64,000 nucleotides of DNA, taken from Candidatus Eiseniibacteriota bacterium. Its GTDB lineage: Bacteria; Eisenbacteria; RBG-16-71-46. The DNA lies in contig JBGPFC010000005.1 in NCBI GenBank assembly GCA_041483195.1, forward strand, positions 64,001 to 128,000, in the 5' to 3' direction. This document shows positions 40,213-50,457 of the stretch, one piece after another (within the stretch, counting starts at the first letter, position 1; the number at the start of each line of letters is the position of its first letter). Made by a program: the position numbers and the translations under genes. The notes below the pieces were generated by a model. It saw only the letters and a list, made by a program, of their open reading frames with translations. It did not search any database and had not been told where the DNA came from.

Positions 40213-42801
40213 TCAGTCCGCGACCGGCTCCGATTGCGTCTTGTAACCGCAGCCCGGCTTCACGCAACGCACCGCCAGGCCCTTGCGGGTCTCCTTCTCC
40301 ACCAGGAACGGCGCGCCGCACTGCGGGCAGGGCGTGAGACGCGGGCGGTCCCACACCGCGAACTTGCACTCGGGATAGCGCGTGCAACCGTAGAAGACCT
40401 TGCCGCGCCGGCTGCGGCGCTCCGCGATCTCGCCTTGCCCGCATTCCGGGCACTTGATGCCGAGCGTGAATGGCCGCGTGTACTTGCAGTCCGGGCGCCG
40501 CGAGCACGAGACGAAGCGGCCGTAGGGGCCGTTGCGGGCGACCAGGGTCGAGCCGCACAGCTCGCACGTGCCCTCGACCGGGGTCGGCAGCTCCGCGTCG
40601 TCGACCGGACGCGTGAACTTGCATTCGGGATAGCCCGGGCAGGCGAGGAATGGGCCGCGACGGCCGAACTTCTTGACCAGCATCTTCCCGCAGTTGGGGC
40701 ACGCGATCTGGGTCGCCTCCTCCACTCGTTTGCGGTGATGCTGGCTGGCCTTCTCCGCGCTCTGGAGATCCTTGTGGAATGGTCCCCAGAAGTCGTGGAC
40801 GACGCGATGCCACTCCTGCTTGCCCTCCTCGATCCCGTCCAGCTCTTCCTCGAGCGCGGCCGTGAAGTTCACGTTGAACACATCGGGAAAGGTCTCGGTC
40901 AGCAGGCGCTTCACCGCCATGCCGAGATCGGTGGGCCTCAGCCTGCCCTTCTCGCGCTCGACGTACTCGCGCGTCGTGATGGTGCCCACGATCGTCGCGT
41001 AGGTGCTGGGCCGTCCGATGCCGAGCTCTTCGAGGATCTTCACCAGCGACGCCTCGGAGTAACGCGGCGGCGGTTGCGTGAAATGCTGCTCGGGCCGCAC
41101 CGGCTCGATGGCCGCGGCCTCGGCGACCGGAGCCAGCGGCGGCGCGAGCTCGAGCCGCTCGCCCTCGCGCAGCTCCGGCAGGCGTGATTCCGAAGCGTCG
41201 TCGTCCTCGTCGACGCCGTACAGCTTCTGGAATCCCGCGAACTTCAGCACCCGCCCCGACGCCCGCAGGCCGAGCCGGCCGGCCTCGATCTCCACGGTGG
41301 TCGCGAGATACTCGGCCGAAGCCGCCTGCGACGCGACCGCCCGCTTCCAGATCAGATCGTAGAGTCGGTACTGCTCGTCCGTGAGAAACGGACGCACCAC
41401 TTCGGGCGTGCGATCGACGGCGGTCGGCCGGACCGCTTCGTGCGCATCCTGCGCGCTCTTCTTGCCCTTGAACTGGCGCGGGGAGTCCGGCACGTATTCG
41501 GGGCCGAGCCGCGCGCCGAGCCAGGCGCGCATGTCGGCGATCGCCTCGCCCGCGAGCCGCGGGGAATCGGTGCGCATGTAGGTGATGAGACCCACGCTTC
41601 CCTCGGCCCCGAGCGCGGCGCCTTCGTACAGCTGTTGCGCGATCGCCATGGTGCGCTGGCTCGAATACCCGAGGCGGTTGAAAGCGGTCTGCTGGAGGGT
41701 GCTGGTGATGAACGGAGCGCGCGGATGCACCTGCCGCGGCGAGGTCTCGACGCTTCGGACGCCCGCCGTCGCCGTCGCCAGCTCGGCGGCGAGCGCGCTC
41801 GCCCGGGCTCCGGCGTCCGCGCCGCGCAGCTGGCCCTGCTCGAGATCCTCCTCGGCCACCCTCGTGAGGCGCGCGGTGAACCGGTCGCCGCGCTCGGACT
41901 GGTAGTCGGCCTCGATCGTCCAGTATTCCTCCGGCACGAACGCCAGGATCTCCTCCTCGCGCTCGCACACCAGCCTCAGCGCCACGCTCTGGACGCGTCC
42001 CGCCGAGAGCCCATAGCGCACCGTGCGCCACACGAACGGGCTCACCTTGTAACCCACGAGCCGATCGAGCACGCGGCGCGCCTGCTGCGCGTTCACGAGA
42101 TTCATGTCGAGCTCGCGCGGCTGCTCGAGCGCGAGCTTCACCGCACGCTCGGTGATCTCGTTGAAGGTGAGGCGCAGCAGCGGGCGTCGCGCGCTCTTGA
42201 GCGCGCCCGCCAGGTGCCACGCGATCGCCTCCCCCTCGCGATCGGGGTCGGGTGCGAGGAAGATGCGGTCGGCGTTGCGCGCGGCGGCCTTGATCTTGGC
42301 GAGCGCCTGGCTCTTGCCGCGGATCGGAACGTATTCGGGCTCGAAGTCGTTCTCGAGGTCGACGCCGAGCTTGCTCTTGGGGAGATCCATGATGTGACCG
42401 TTGCTGGCCATCACCATGTATCCGCGGCCGAGAAACTTGGTCAGGGTGCGTGACTTGGTCGGCGACTCGACGATCACGAGCGACTTGAGGCCGGCCGCGG
42501 CCGCGCGCGCCCGCGGCTTCGCCGCGGCCTCACCGGAACGCCCGGCAGACGAGGTCGCGACCGCCTTGCCGGGCTTCTTCGCCGGCCGGGCCTCGGCCTT
42601 CGTGGCGCGCGGCGCGGCCGGCTTCGCGGCGGGCTTCGCCTTCGCGCCCGCCTTGCCCCGGGCCGTGGCCTTCGCGCGCGGCGTGGCCGCAGCCTCGGAC
42701 ACCCGGGGCTTCTGGGCGCGGGATGCGCGTGCCCCCGCCGCGGCCTTGCGGGATGCGCGCGCGCCCTTCGGCGCGTCAGTGCGTCTGGTCGAAATCGCCA
42801 T
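40213..42801 (-). CDS. topA: DNA topoisomerase I with Lys/Ala-rich N-terminal extension and four Zn ribbons
   Basis: IVESPTK, DPDREGEAI, SAGRVQS, ITYMRTDS (catalytic Tyr), AHEAVRP, GIGRPSTY; ATG at 42801. Confidence 0.97.
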   Translation of the reverse strand: MAISTRRTDAPKGARASRKAAAGARASRAQKPRVSEAAATPRAKATARGKAGAKAKPAAKPAAPRATKAEARPAKKPGKAVATSSAGRSGEAAAKPRARAAAAGLKSLVIVESPTKSRTLTKFLGRGYMVMASNGHIMDLPKSKLGVDLENDFEPEYVPIRGKSQALAKIKAAARNADRIFLAPDPDREGEAIAWHLAGALKSARRPLLRLTFNEITERAVKLALEQPRELDMNLVNAQQARRVLDRLVGYKVSPFVWRTVRYGLSAGRVQSVALRLVCEREEEILAFVPEEYWTIEADYQSERGDRFTARLTRVAEEDLEQGQLRGADAGARASALAAELATATAGVRSVETSPRQVHPRAPFITSTLQQTAFNRLGYSSQRTMAIAQQLYEGAALGAEGSVGLITYMRTDSPRLAGEAIADMRAWLGARLGPEYVPDSPRQFKGKKSAQDAHEAVRPTAVDRTPEVVRPFLTDEQYRLYDLIWKRAVASQAASAEYLATTVEIEAGRLGLRASGRVLKFAGFQKLYGVDEDDDASESRLPELREGERLELAPPLAPVAEAAAIEPVRPEQHFTQPPPRYSEASLVKILEELGIGRPSTYATIVGTITTREYVEREKGRLRPTDLGMAVKRLLTETFPDVFNVNFTAALEEELDGIEEGKQEWHRVVHDFWGPFHKDLQSAEKASQHHRKRVEEATQIACPNCGKMLVKKFGRRGPFLACPGYPECKFTRPVDDAELPTPVEGTCELCGSTLVARNGPYGRFVSCSRRPDCKYTRPFTLGIKCPECGQGEIAERRSRRGKVFYGCTRYPECKFAVWDRPRLTPCPQCGAPFLVEKETRKGLAVRCVKPGCGYKTQSEPVAD

Positions 42802-43258
42802 GCCCGAGCATCTCCCCGGCCCCGCCGTCGTCGCCCTGGAGCGCGACCCGCGTCGCCACCTCGCGAGCGAGGTCCACGTCCACCGGGCGCACTCCACAGT
42901 CGCCCAGCATCTCGAGCACCCGTTCGAATTGCCGCGGGGTGAGCGAGCCCCCGCGCCGCAGCTTGATGAGGTAGCCCCAGGCCTCGGGGCTCAGCGACTC
43001 GCGTTCCTCGGCACTCAGGACCCGGAGCGCATCGCGCCCGGGCGCGCTCTCGAGCGCCGCCTCGAATCCCTGGCCGGAGTCACGGCTCAGGATGCGCAGC
43101 ACCATGCAGGCGGACTGGACATCCTCTGGCGTGAAATCCCCCTCCTCGATGCTCTCGCCGAGCGTCTCGAGCGCAAGATCGTCGCCCTCCACGAAACTCT
43201 CGAGTCGCTCTCCGATCAGGCGGAGCAACCGCTGCACCGCGTCGCGCTCCTCGCTCAT
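42776..43258 (-). CDS. smg: DUF494/Smg-family protein
   Basis: [28 protein letters not shown] and [10 protein letters not shown]; immediately upstream of topA; ATGA overlap with secA. Confidence 0.8.
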   Translation of the reverse strand: MSEERDAVQRLLRLIGERLESFVEGDDLALETLGESIEEGDFTPEDVQSACMVLRILSRDSGQGFEAALESAPGRDALRVLSAEERESLSPEAWGYLIKLRRGGSLTPRQFERVLEMLGDCGVRPVDVDLAREVATRVALQGDDGGAGEMLGHGDFDQTH

Positions 43259-46200
43259 GTGCCGCTCCCCACGCCCTCGTCGATCAGCATGTGACATTTC
43301 TTGTATTTCTTCCCGCTGCCGCACGGACACGGATCGTTGCGACCCACCCGCGGACCGCTGCGAACCGGCGCGGCCCGCGGCGGACCCTGGTCGGCCGTCT
43401 CCGCGCGCTCCCCGCCCCCCGGGCCGCCGGCTTCCGGCGCGCCGGCGAACACCTGCGCCTCGGCGTGCTGAGCCACCAGCTGCCGGGGACGCGGCCTCCG
43501 CTCGATCTCGTGCATCGCCTCGGGCGCGAGCTGCACGCGGAACAGGCGTTGCACGAACTCCTCGCGCACCTCGCGCACCAGCGTCTCGAACAGCGTGTAC
43601 GCTTCCTTCTTGTACTCGATGAGCGGATCGCGCTGGCCGTACGCGCGCAGCCCGATGCCGCCCTTCAGGTGATCGAGCTCGTAGAGATGGTCGCGCCAGT
43701 GCTCGTCGAGGGTGAACAGGTAGAGGTGCCGCTCGAGCTCGCGCAGCACCGGCGGCGAGAATTCGATCTCCCGCGCGCGGTAGGCCTGCTGCCCGATCTC
43801 GACCGCGCGCTCTCCGAGCGCGTCGGCGTCGGGCGCCTCCTCGAGGTCGGCCGCGGTTACCGGACGCATCAGCAGGTAGGACAGCTCCTCGGCCAGCGCC
43901 TTCCAATCCCACTCGTCGCGGTGACCGCCCCCGCTCCCGGTCGTCTTGTCGGCCCGCTCCAGCACCGACTCCTCGATCGCGTCGAGCACGATCGCGCTGA
44001 TGTCGTCCGAGAGCAGCGCCTTGTTGCGCAGGTCGTACACCACCGTGCGCTGCTGGTTCATGACGTTGTCGTACTCGAGCAGGTGCTTGCGGATGTCGAA
44101 GTTGTGCGCCTCGACCCGCTTCTGCGCGCGCGAGATCGCGCCGGTCACGAGCGGATGCTCGATGACCTCGCCCTCCTGCACCCCCATGCGCTGCATGAGC
44201 CCCGAGATGCGCTCGCTCCCGAACAGGCGCATCAGGTCGTCTTCGAGCGAGAGGAAGAAGCGCGAGGAGCCGGGATCGCCCTGGCGGCCCGCGCGCCCGC
44301 GCAGCTGGCGGTCGATGCGCCGCGACTCGTGCCGCTCGGTGCCGAGGATATGGAGGCCGCCGAGGTCGGGCACGCCGGCGCCGAGCTTGATGTCGGTGCC
44401 GCGCCCCGCCATGTTGGTGGCGATCGTCACCGCCGCGCGCTGCCCCGCCTGCGAGACGATCCCCGCCTCCTGCTGGTGGTACTTCGCGTTCAGCACGTTG
44501 TGCTTGACCCCGCGCCGCTTCAGCATGCGCGAGAGCAGCTCGCTGACCTCGACGCTGATAGTCCCGACCAGCACCGGCTGGCCGCGTTCGTGGCAGGCCA
44601 CGATCTCGTCGATCACGGCGTTGTATTTTTCGCGCTTGGTGCGATAGACGACGTCCTCTTCGTCCTTCCGCACGCAGTCCTTGTGGGTCGGGATCACCGC
44701 GACGTCGAGCTTGTAGATCTCGAAGAATTCGGTGGACTCGGTCTCCGCCGTGCCCGTCATGCCCGCGAGCTTCTCGTACATGCGGAAGAAATTCTGCAGG
44801 GTGATGGTGGCGAGCGTCTGGGTCTCGCCCTCGACCCGCACCCCCTCCTTGGCCTCGATCGCCTGGTGCAGACCCTCCGAGTAGCGGCGTCCCGGCATCA
44901 GCCGGCCGGTGAACTCGTCGACGATCAGGACCTTGCCATCCTGGACCACGTACTCGACGTCGCGTTCGTAGAGCGAGTACGCCTTGAGCAGCGCCTGGAT
45001 GTTGTGGATGCGCTCGTTCTTGGAGGCGTAGCCGCGGTAGATCTCGTCGCGGAGCTTGATCTTCTCCTCCGCTCCCAATTCCTCGTTGCCCTCGAGCTCC
45101 GAGAGCTGGCCGGCCAGGTCGGGGACCACGAAGCGATCCGGATCCTGGGGCGACATCTGCTCGCGCCCCTTCTCGAGCAGGTCCACGTTCCGCGCCTTCT
45201 CGTCGATCGCGTAGTAGAGGTGTTCGTCGATCTCGTGCAGCCGCTTGTCGCGCAGATAGTCGAGCTCGACCTTGGTGGTGAGGTTCTTGAGTCCGGGCTG
45301 GTCGCTGACCAGTTTCGTGAAGCGCTTGTGCTTGGGAGCGGCGCGCTGGACCTGGAGCAGCTTGATGCCCGCCTCGTACTCCTGCTTCGGATCCTTCAGC
45401 AGCGTCTCGGCCTCGGACAGCAGCTCGTTCACGAGCGTGGTCTGCACCTTCACCACGCGCTCGACCAGCGGCTTCAACTCATCGAACGCCTGATCGCTGT
45501 GCTCGACCGGGCCCGAGATGATGAGCGGCGTGCGGGCCTCGTCGACCAGCACCGAGTCGACTTCGTCGACGATCGCGTAGGTGAACCCGCGCTGGACCCG
45601 GTGCTCGGGGCGCACCGCCATGTTGTCGCGGAGGTAGTCGAACCCGAACTCGTTGTTCGTGCCGTACGTGATGTCGCACGCGTACTGGTCGCGCCTCGCC
45701 GGCGGGTCCATGCCCTGCTGGATGCAACCGACGGTGAGCCCCAGCCGCCGGAAGATCTCCCCCATCCACTGGCTGTCGCGCAACGCGAGGTAGTCGTTGA
45801 CCGTGACCAGGTGCGCGCCGCGCCCGGAGAGCGCGTTGAGATAGAGCGGCATCGTGGCGACCAGGGTCTTGCCTTCCCCGGTGGCCATCTCGGCGATCCG
45901 CCCCTCGTGGAGCATGACCCCGCCGATGAGCTGGACGTCGTAAGGGACCATGTCCCAGGTGATCGGGATGCCCACGACCTCCCAGGGCTGGCCGCACAGC
46001 CGGCGGCACGCCTCCTTGACGGCGGCGAACGCTTCGGGCAGAAGCGCATCGAGCGCCTCGCGCTCGGCCGCCCGCCGCTCCGTGGCGTCCTCGATCCCGG
46101 AAAGCGCCTCGGCGAGCCGGGCCTTGAACTCCGTGGTTTTCGCGAGCAGCGCCCCGTCGGACAGCGCGCCGAATTCCCCTGCGAACGTGTTGATGGCTTC

Positions 46201-46275
46201 GACGAAGGGCTCGACCCGCTTGACGTCGCGGTCGTGCTTGGATCCGAAGATGGACTTGAGGAGTGATTCGAACAT
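43255..46275 (-). CDS. secA: Preprotein translocase subunit SecA
   Basis: [33 protein letters not shown] and [22 protein letters not shown] motifs. Confidence 0.98.
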   Translation of the reverse strand: MFESLLKSIFGSKHDRDVKRVEPFVEAINTFAGEFGALSDGALLAKTTEFKARLAEALSGIEDATERRAAEREALDALLPEAFAAVKEACRRLCGQPWEVVGIPITWDMVPYDVQLIGGVMLHEGRIAEMATGEGKTLVATMPLYLNALSGRGAHLVTVNDYLALRDSQWMGEIFRRLGLTVGCIQQGMDPPARRDQYACDITYGTNNEFGFDYLRDNMAVRPEHRVQRGFTYAIVDEVDSVLVDEARTPLIISGPVEHSDQAFDELKPLVERVVKVQTTLVNELLSEAETLLKDPKQEYEAGIKLLQVQRAAPKHKRFTKLVSDQPGLKNLTTKVELDYLRDKRLHEIDEHLYYAIDEKARNVDLLEKGREQMSPQDPDRFVVPDLAGQLSELEGNEELGAEEKIKLRDEIYRGYASKNERIHNIQALLKAYSLYERDVEYVVQDGKVLIVDEFTGRLMPGRRYSEGLHQAIEAKEGVRVEGETQTLATITLQNFFRMYEKLAGMTGTAETESTEFFEIYKLDVAVIPTHKDCVRKDEEDVVYRTKREKYNAVIDEIVACHERGQPVLVGTISVEVSELLSRMLKRRGVKHNVLNAKYHQQEAGIVSQAGQRAAVTIATNMAGRGTDIKLGAGVPDLGGLHILGTERHESRRIDRQLRGRAGRQGDPGSSRFFLSLEDDLMRLFGSERISGLMQRMGVQEGEVIEHPLVTGAISRAQKRVEAHNFDIRKHLLEYDNVMNQQRTVVYDLRNKALLSDDISAIVLDAIEESVLERADKTTGSGGGHRDEWDWKALAEELSYLLMRPVTAADLEEAPDADALGERAVEIGQQAYRAREIEFSPPVLRELERHLYLFTLDEHWRDHLYELDHLKGGIGLRAYGQRDPLIEYKKEAYTLFETLVREVREEFVQRLFRVQLAPEAMHEIERRPRPRQLVAQHAEAQVFAGAPEAGGPGGGERAETADQGPPRAAPVRSGPRVGRNDPCPCGSGKKYKKCHMLIDEGVGSGT

Positions 46276-46419
46276 GGACCTCAGGATAGATGCGCTGTCA
46301 AGCGGGGACTGTCGTTCCGGGCGCCGCGGCGTCCGTCCATGCCGGCAAACCGCGGCCCGGCAAAGCGACGCGGCCCGATGCTCCGCATCGGGCCGCGCGA
46401 ACTCCGGGCGAAACGCCGC

Positions 46420-46623
46420 TCACATCCGCCTGATCACGTGGGCCGCCTCCGCGCCCCGATCGCTCGTGCGAATCTCGAACTCCACGGCCTCGCCTTCGTG
46501 CAGTGTGCGGAAGCCGTTGCCTTCGATCGACGAGTGATGGACGAAGACGTCCTGCTCTCCCTCCGCGGTGATGAATCCGTATCCCTTCTGGTCGTTGAAC
46601 CACTTCACCGTACCACGCGCCAT
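46420..46623 (-). CDS. csp: Cold-shock protein
   Basis: [15 protein letters not shown] and DVFVHHS (RNP1/RNP2); GGAGG Shine-Dalgarno. Confidence 0.96.
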   Translation of the reverse strand: MARGTVKWFNDQKGYGFITAEGEQDVFVHHSSIEGNGFRTLHEGEAVEFEIRTSDRGAEAAHVIRRM

Positions 46624-46702
46624 GGAGCGTCCTCCCTGTGGAGCCCTGGCCCCTCGAAGGGCCCTGGACCGTCGCTAGGGTGGGGCCGCGAACCCGCGAC
46701 GG

Positions 46703-47641
46703 TCAAGAGGGTTTCGAGCCCGGATTTTCGCGCCCCGGCACGGCCCGGGGCCGAGCCGACCAGCGCGCGTGCAGCTCCAGCGCCTGCGGATGCTCCGGCT
46801 CCCGCTCGATGACCAGCGCGAGCTGCTCGGCGGCCTGGATGCGCATCCCGAGCGCTTCGAGCGCCCGCGCGAGATCGACCCGCGCGTCGTGATACTCGGG
46901 ATTGATCTCGAGCGCGCGCCCGAACGACGCCACCGCGTCGTCGCAGTGCCCCTGCCGGAGTTCGGCGCGGCCCAGCAGCGCGTGGAGATCGGGGTAGAGC
47001 GGATGCTCCATGATCGCCTCGCGCAGCAGCTGCATGGCGCCCGGCACCTCGCCCTGCTCGACCAGCGCGTGAAAGCGCTGGAGCCGCTGCTGAAGCGCGG
47101 GGTTCGACAGCCGGAGCGCGCGCTGGAACAATGCCTGCGCCTCCTCCCAGTCGGCCCGCTCGAGGCGCTGCATGCCCTGCTGGAACGCGCTCTCCTCCGC
47201 GATCGCGGATTCCCGCGAAAGCGCGCGCAGCGATTCGAGCGCCTCCCCCAGGCGTCCCTCGCGGGCATCGAGCAGCGCGCGCTCCAGCCGCGCGGCCGCG
47301 TAATGAGGATTGATCGCGAGCGCGCGGTCGAGCGACTGGCGCGCTTCCGCGCGCCGCTTCAGGCGGAGCAACACGCACGCACGCTGGAAGTGGAGATCGG
47401 CGTGACGGGGCCGGACTTCGAGCGCGAGTCCGAGCGCGTGTTCGGCCGGGGCCAGATCACCGGCGGAGTCCGCCATGCGGGCCACTTGAGCGAGCGCGTC
47501 CACCGCCCCGCCGGCATCGTGGCCGGGCGTGCGCAGCACCGGCGCGATGCGCTCGATCGCCTCGGTGAAGCGCCCCTGCAGCGCGAGGCGCAGCGGCTCC
47601 TCGAACGGGGAGCGCGCGGGCTCGATCGGGCGCGGCGTCAT
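46703..47641 (-). CDS. Tetratricopeptide repeat protein
   Basis: Repeated ALxINPxY..AR TPR motifs; ATG at 47641 overlaps the upstream stop. Confidence 0.82.
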   Translation of the reverse strand: MTPRPIEPARSPFEEPLRLALQGRFTEAIERIAPVLRTPGHDAGGAVDALAQVARMADSAGDLAPAEHALGLALEVRPRHADLHFQRACVLLRLKRRAEARQSLDRALAINPHYAAARLERALLDAREGRLGEALESLRALSRESAIAEESAFQQGMQRLERADWEEAQALFQRALRLSNPALQQRLQRFHALVEQGEVPGAMQLLREAIMEHPLYPDLHALLGRAELRQGHCDDAVASFGRALEINPEYHDARVDLARALEALGMRIQAAEQLALVIEREPEHPQALELHARWSARPRAVPGRENPGSKPS

Positions 47642-48303
47642 CCGTGATTCCAGAGCAGCTTCATGGCGTAGCCTGCGAACAGGGTGATCCCGAGGTTGTC
47701 GTCGAGGGGTATCGGCAGGAGCTCGATCAGACTTGCGACCACAGCGCCGGCCAGGGCCGGGCCCAGCGGCAGCCGCCCGAACGCCGTGACGAATGCGGCC
47801 CACGCGAGGCAGACCAGCAGGCATGCGACGAACCCTTCGAGCGACTTGTTGAACAGGCGGTGACGACCCCAGGCGCGGCCGACGATCGCGGCGACCGCGT
47901 CGCCCAGCACGGTGAACCCCAGCGCCGCCGCCGCCACCGGCTGCGGAAAGATCTCGATCGCGAGCAGCGCGGCGAGCAGCAGATAGGTCGATCCCAGCAG
48001 ATTCAGCTGCTCGTGCTCGCGGATCATCTGCCCGAAGAAGCGGCGGAAGAATCCTTTCACCCGCGGCTCGTGCAGCCGGAGCAGATCGAGCGTGATCGCG
48101 CCCACCACCAGGGCGATGAAGAACAGACGGAACTGCGCGCGGCCGCGTGGCCATGGCAAGACCTGGTAGAGCAGCTCCAGCGGCAGCACCACGAAACTGA
48201 GATGAATCGCCTTGCGGCGCAGCTCGGTCAGGACGTGCGGCGCGCGCAGTGGAGCGAGCGGGTCGGGAGGCGGAGCGGCGCCGGGAGTGTGCACGCCCGT
48301 CAT
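47638..48303 (-). CDS. CTP-dependent polyprenol/diacylglycerol kinase family membrane protein (dolichol/phytol kinase-like)
   Basis: ELRRKAIH, GDAVAAIVG, KSLEG and DDNL motifs; multiple TM helices. Confidence 0.85.
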   Translation of the reverse strand: MTGVHTPGAAPPPDPLAPLRAPHVLTELRRKAIHLSFVVLPLELLYQVLPWPRGRAQFRLFFIALVVGAITLDLLRLHEPRVKGFFRRFFGQMIREHEQLNLLGSTYLLLAALLAIEIFPQPVAAAALGFTVLGDAVAAIVGRAWGRHRLFNKSLEGFVACLLVCLAWAAFVTAFGRLPLGPALAGAVVASLIELLPIPLDDNLGITLFAGYAMKLLWNHG

Positions 48304-48372
48304 CTTATGTCATCCGTGGCGGTGTCGCGGAGCGTGGGCCGCGGCCCCGTTCCGCGGGCGGCGTGAGCGGGA

Positions 48373-50457
48373 TCATTCCCCGGCGCTCGATCGAGGTCGC
48401 AGCTCGCGGTAGGCCTGGCGGCCGGACAGGATCTTCTTCGCGTAATCGCGCGCGTCCGAGTTCGCCCCCAGCTCGCAGAGCAGCGCGTCGCCGCCCCGCT
48501 CGACCAGCGATCGCCACGCGGTCCCGAGGGTCGACGGCCCCGCGTTGTACGCGCACAGCGCGGCGACCACGTCGCCGTCGAAGCGGTGGAGCAGGCGTTC
48601 GAGATAACGCACCCCGAGCCGCACGTTGATCGCGGGATCGAACAGCGACGACTCGGACGGCGCGGCCACGTGGAGCTCGCGCGCCACCTCGCGCGCCGTC
48701 GCGAGCTTGAGCTGCATCAGCCCGAGCGCGTCGCGGGCCGACCGGGCGCGGAGATCGAAGCGGCTCTCCTGCCGCACCAGCGCCGCGAGCAGCGCCGGCT
48801 CGAGACCCGGTGCATGATCGGCCGCCGCCGAGAGCAGCCGGCCGAACGCCGGCGGATACGCCCACGGGGTCGTCGCCCACTGGGTGGCGGGCGGCCCCGC
48901 CGCCGGCATGCGCAGGGCGCGCTCGGCGTAGCCGGTGCCGGTCGCCGGCCGGCCCATTTCGAAAGCGAGCCGGGAGGCCGCGAGCAGATCGCCCGGCGCC
49001 GGACCGCCCGCTCCGGCGCGGGCGTCGCCGGCGGCCCAGCGCGCGATCAGGAACAGCGCCTCCTCGCCAGCGCCCGCCGCGGCGAGCGCCTGCGCGGCGC
49101 GCACCACGGCGCAGCCCGCGGCGCCGCAACTGTCCTCTGCGACCCGGCCGGGCCAGGCCGAGAGGCCGAGCGTCTCGCGCGCGGCGACCGCATAGAAGGA
49201 GTACCCCGGACGCGCCGCGATCGTGGCGAGCACCGAATCGGAGGCCGCGCGCTCCGCGGCCCGCCCCGCGATCGCACGCCAGAACCGCGAAGCCTCGTCG
49301 GTTGCCAGCGCCCACACCACCCGCGCCGAATCCGCGCGCCCGCTCGCGAACAACATCAGCCCCGAGCGGAACACGCCGTCGGCACGCCGCATCCGTCCGA
49401 GTTCCGCGACGGCCGCGAAGCTCAAGCCCGCGGATTCCCACCGCCCCGCATCCTCGGCCGCGCGCCCCCGCTCCCACAAAGCAGTCTCCTGCTGCGTGGG
49501 GTCGCGGGCGAGATCGGCGGACGCTCCGAACGCTGCGATCGCGGAATCCGGCCGGCCGGCGTCGCGGTGGATCCGCGCGAGCTCGAGCAGGGCGCGCGCG
49601 CGCGCCGAATCCGCGCGCGTCGACCCGATCGCGACGCGCACCGCGGCCTCGGCCGCGACGAAGTGACGGGCGCCGCGCTCGACTTCGGCGAGCCGCTCGG
49701 CGAGGGCCGGTCTCGCCTCCGGCTCGGACCCGGGGAGCGCGCGCCGGAGCCGCCGCGCCGCCGACGCGCGATCCCCGCGCAGCACGTCCGCCTCGGCGGC
49801 CGCGATCTCGTCCGCCACCGCGAGCGTGTCGCCGCGCGCGCGGAGCAGGGTATCGAGCGTCCCGAGCGCGCGTGCCGTCGGCGGCTGCGACGGATACACG
49901 CGGAGCGCCTGCCGCGCGAACTCCATGGCGCGCGTCGTGTCGCGGAGCGCCGCGCGCAACCGCACGCGGAGCGCGAGCCATGCCGCCCGCTCCGGATCGG
50001 GCCATCCGTCGCGCGACGCGGCCTCGAGCAGCGAATCCGCTCGCGAGGCTTCCCCCCGCGCGAGCGCCAGGTCGGTGCGCGGGCGGAGCGCCTCCCACGC
50101 CCAGACCGAGGCGGCGAGATCGGGCTGCGCCCACAGTGAGTCCGCGCGAGCGGTGTCGCCGGCCGCGAGCGCGAGCGTCGCGAGATGGTGGAGCGCGGCC
50201 GCACGCAGCGCGGGCTGGCCCGAGGCGGTGGCCCAGAACGCAACGCTGTCGGCGGCGCTCATCCGCGGCGCGGGGGGGCCCCAGATCACCGCGCCGCCCG
50301 GGCCCTCGCGGGGGGGCCCGAGCGCGAACGGGATCGATGACGCCGAGTCGGGCGACGCGATCTTCGCGGCGCCGGCCGCGCCCGCCCGCGCGATCGGAAC
50401 GGGTGCGAAGGCGACGATCAGCGCCGCGCTCATGCGCAGGACGCCGAGCCGCTTCAT
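48373..50457 (-). CDS. slt: Soluble lytic transglycosylase (Slt70-like, TPR plus SLT domain)
   Basis: Signal peptide, helical repeats, RQESRF, GLMQL, AYNAG; ATGA overlap with guaA. Confidence 0.88.
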   Translation of the reverse strand: MKRLGVLRMSAALIVAFAPVPIARAGAAGAAKIASPDSASSIPFALGPPREGPGGAVIWGPPAPRMSAADSVAFWATASGQPALRAAALHHLATLALAAGDTARADSLWAQPDLAASVWAWEALRPRTDLALARGEASRADSLLEAASRDGWPDPERAAWLALRVRLRAALRDTTRAMEFARQALRVYPSQPPTARALGTLDTLLRARGDTLAVADEIAAAEADVLRGDRASAARRLRRALPGSEPEARPALAERLAEVERGARHFVAAEAAVRVAIGSTRADSARARALLELARIHRDAGRPDSAIAAFGASADLARDPTQQETALWERGRAAEDAGRWESAGLSFAAVAELGRMRRADGVFRSGLMLFASGRADSARVVWALATDEASRFWRAIAGRAAERAASDSVLATIAARPGYSFYAVAARETLGLSAWPGRVAEDSCGAAGCAVVRAAQALAAAGAGEEALFLIARWAAGDARAGAGGPAPGDLLAASRLAFEMGRPATGTGYAERALRMPAAGPPATQWATTPWAYPPAFGRLLSAAADHAPGLEPALLAALVRQESRFDLRARSARDALGLMQLKLATAREVARELHVAAPSESSLFDPAINVRLGVRYLERLLHRFDGDVVAALCAYNAGPSTLGTAWRSLVERGGDALLCELGANSDARDYAKKILSGRQAYRELRPRSSAGE

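Noticed and set aside
43291..46266. 991-aa plus-strand ORF
   Set aside because: Antisense shadow of secA
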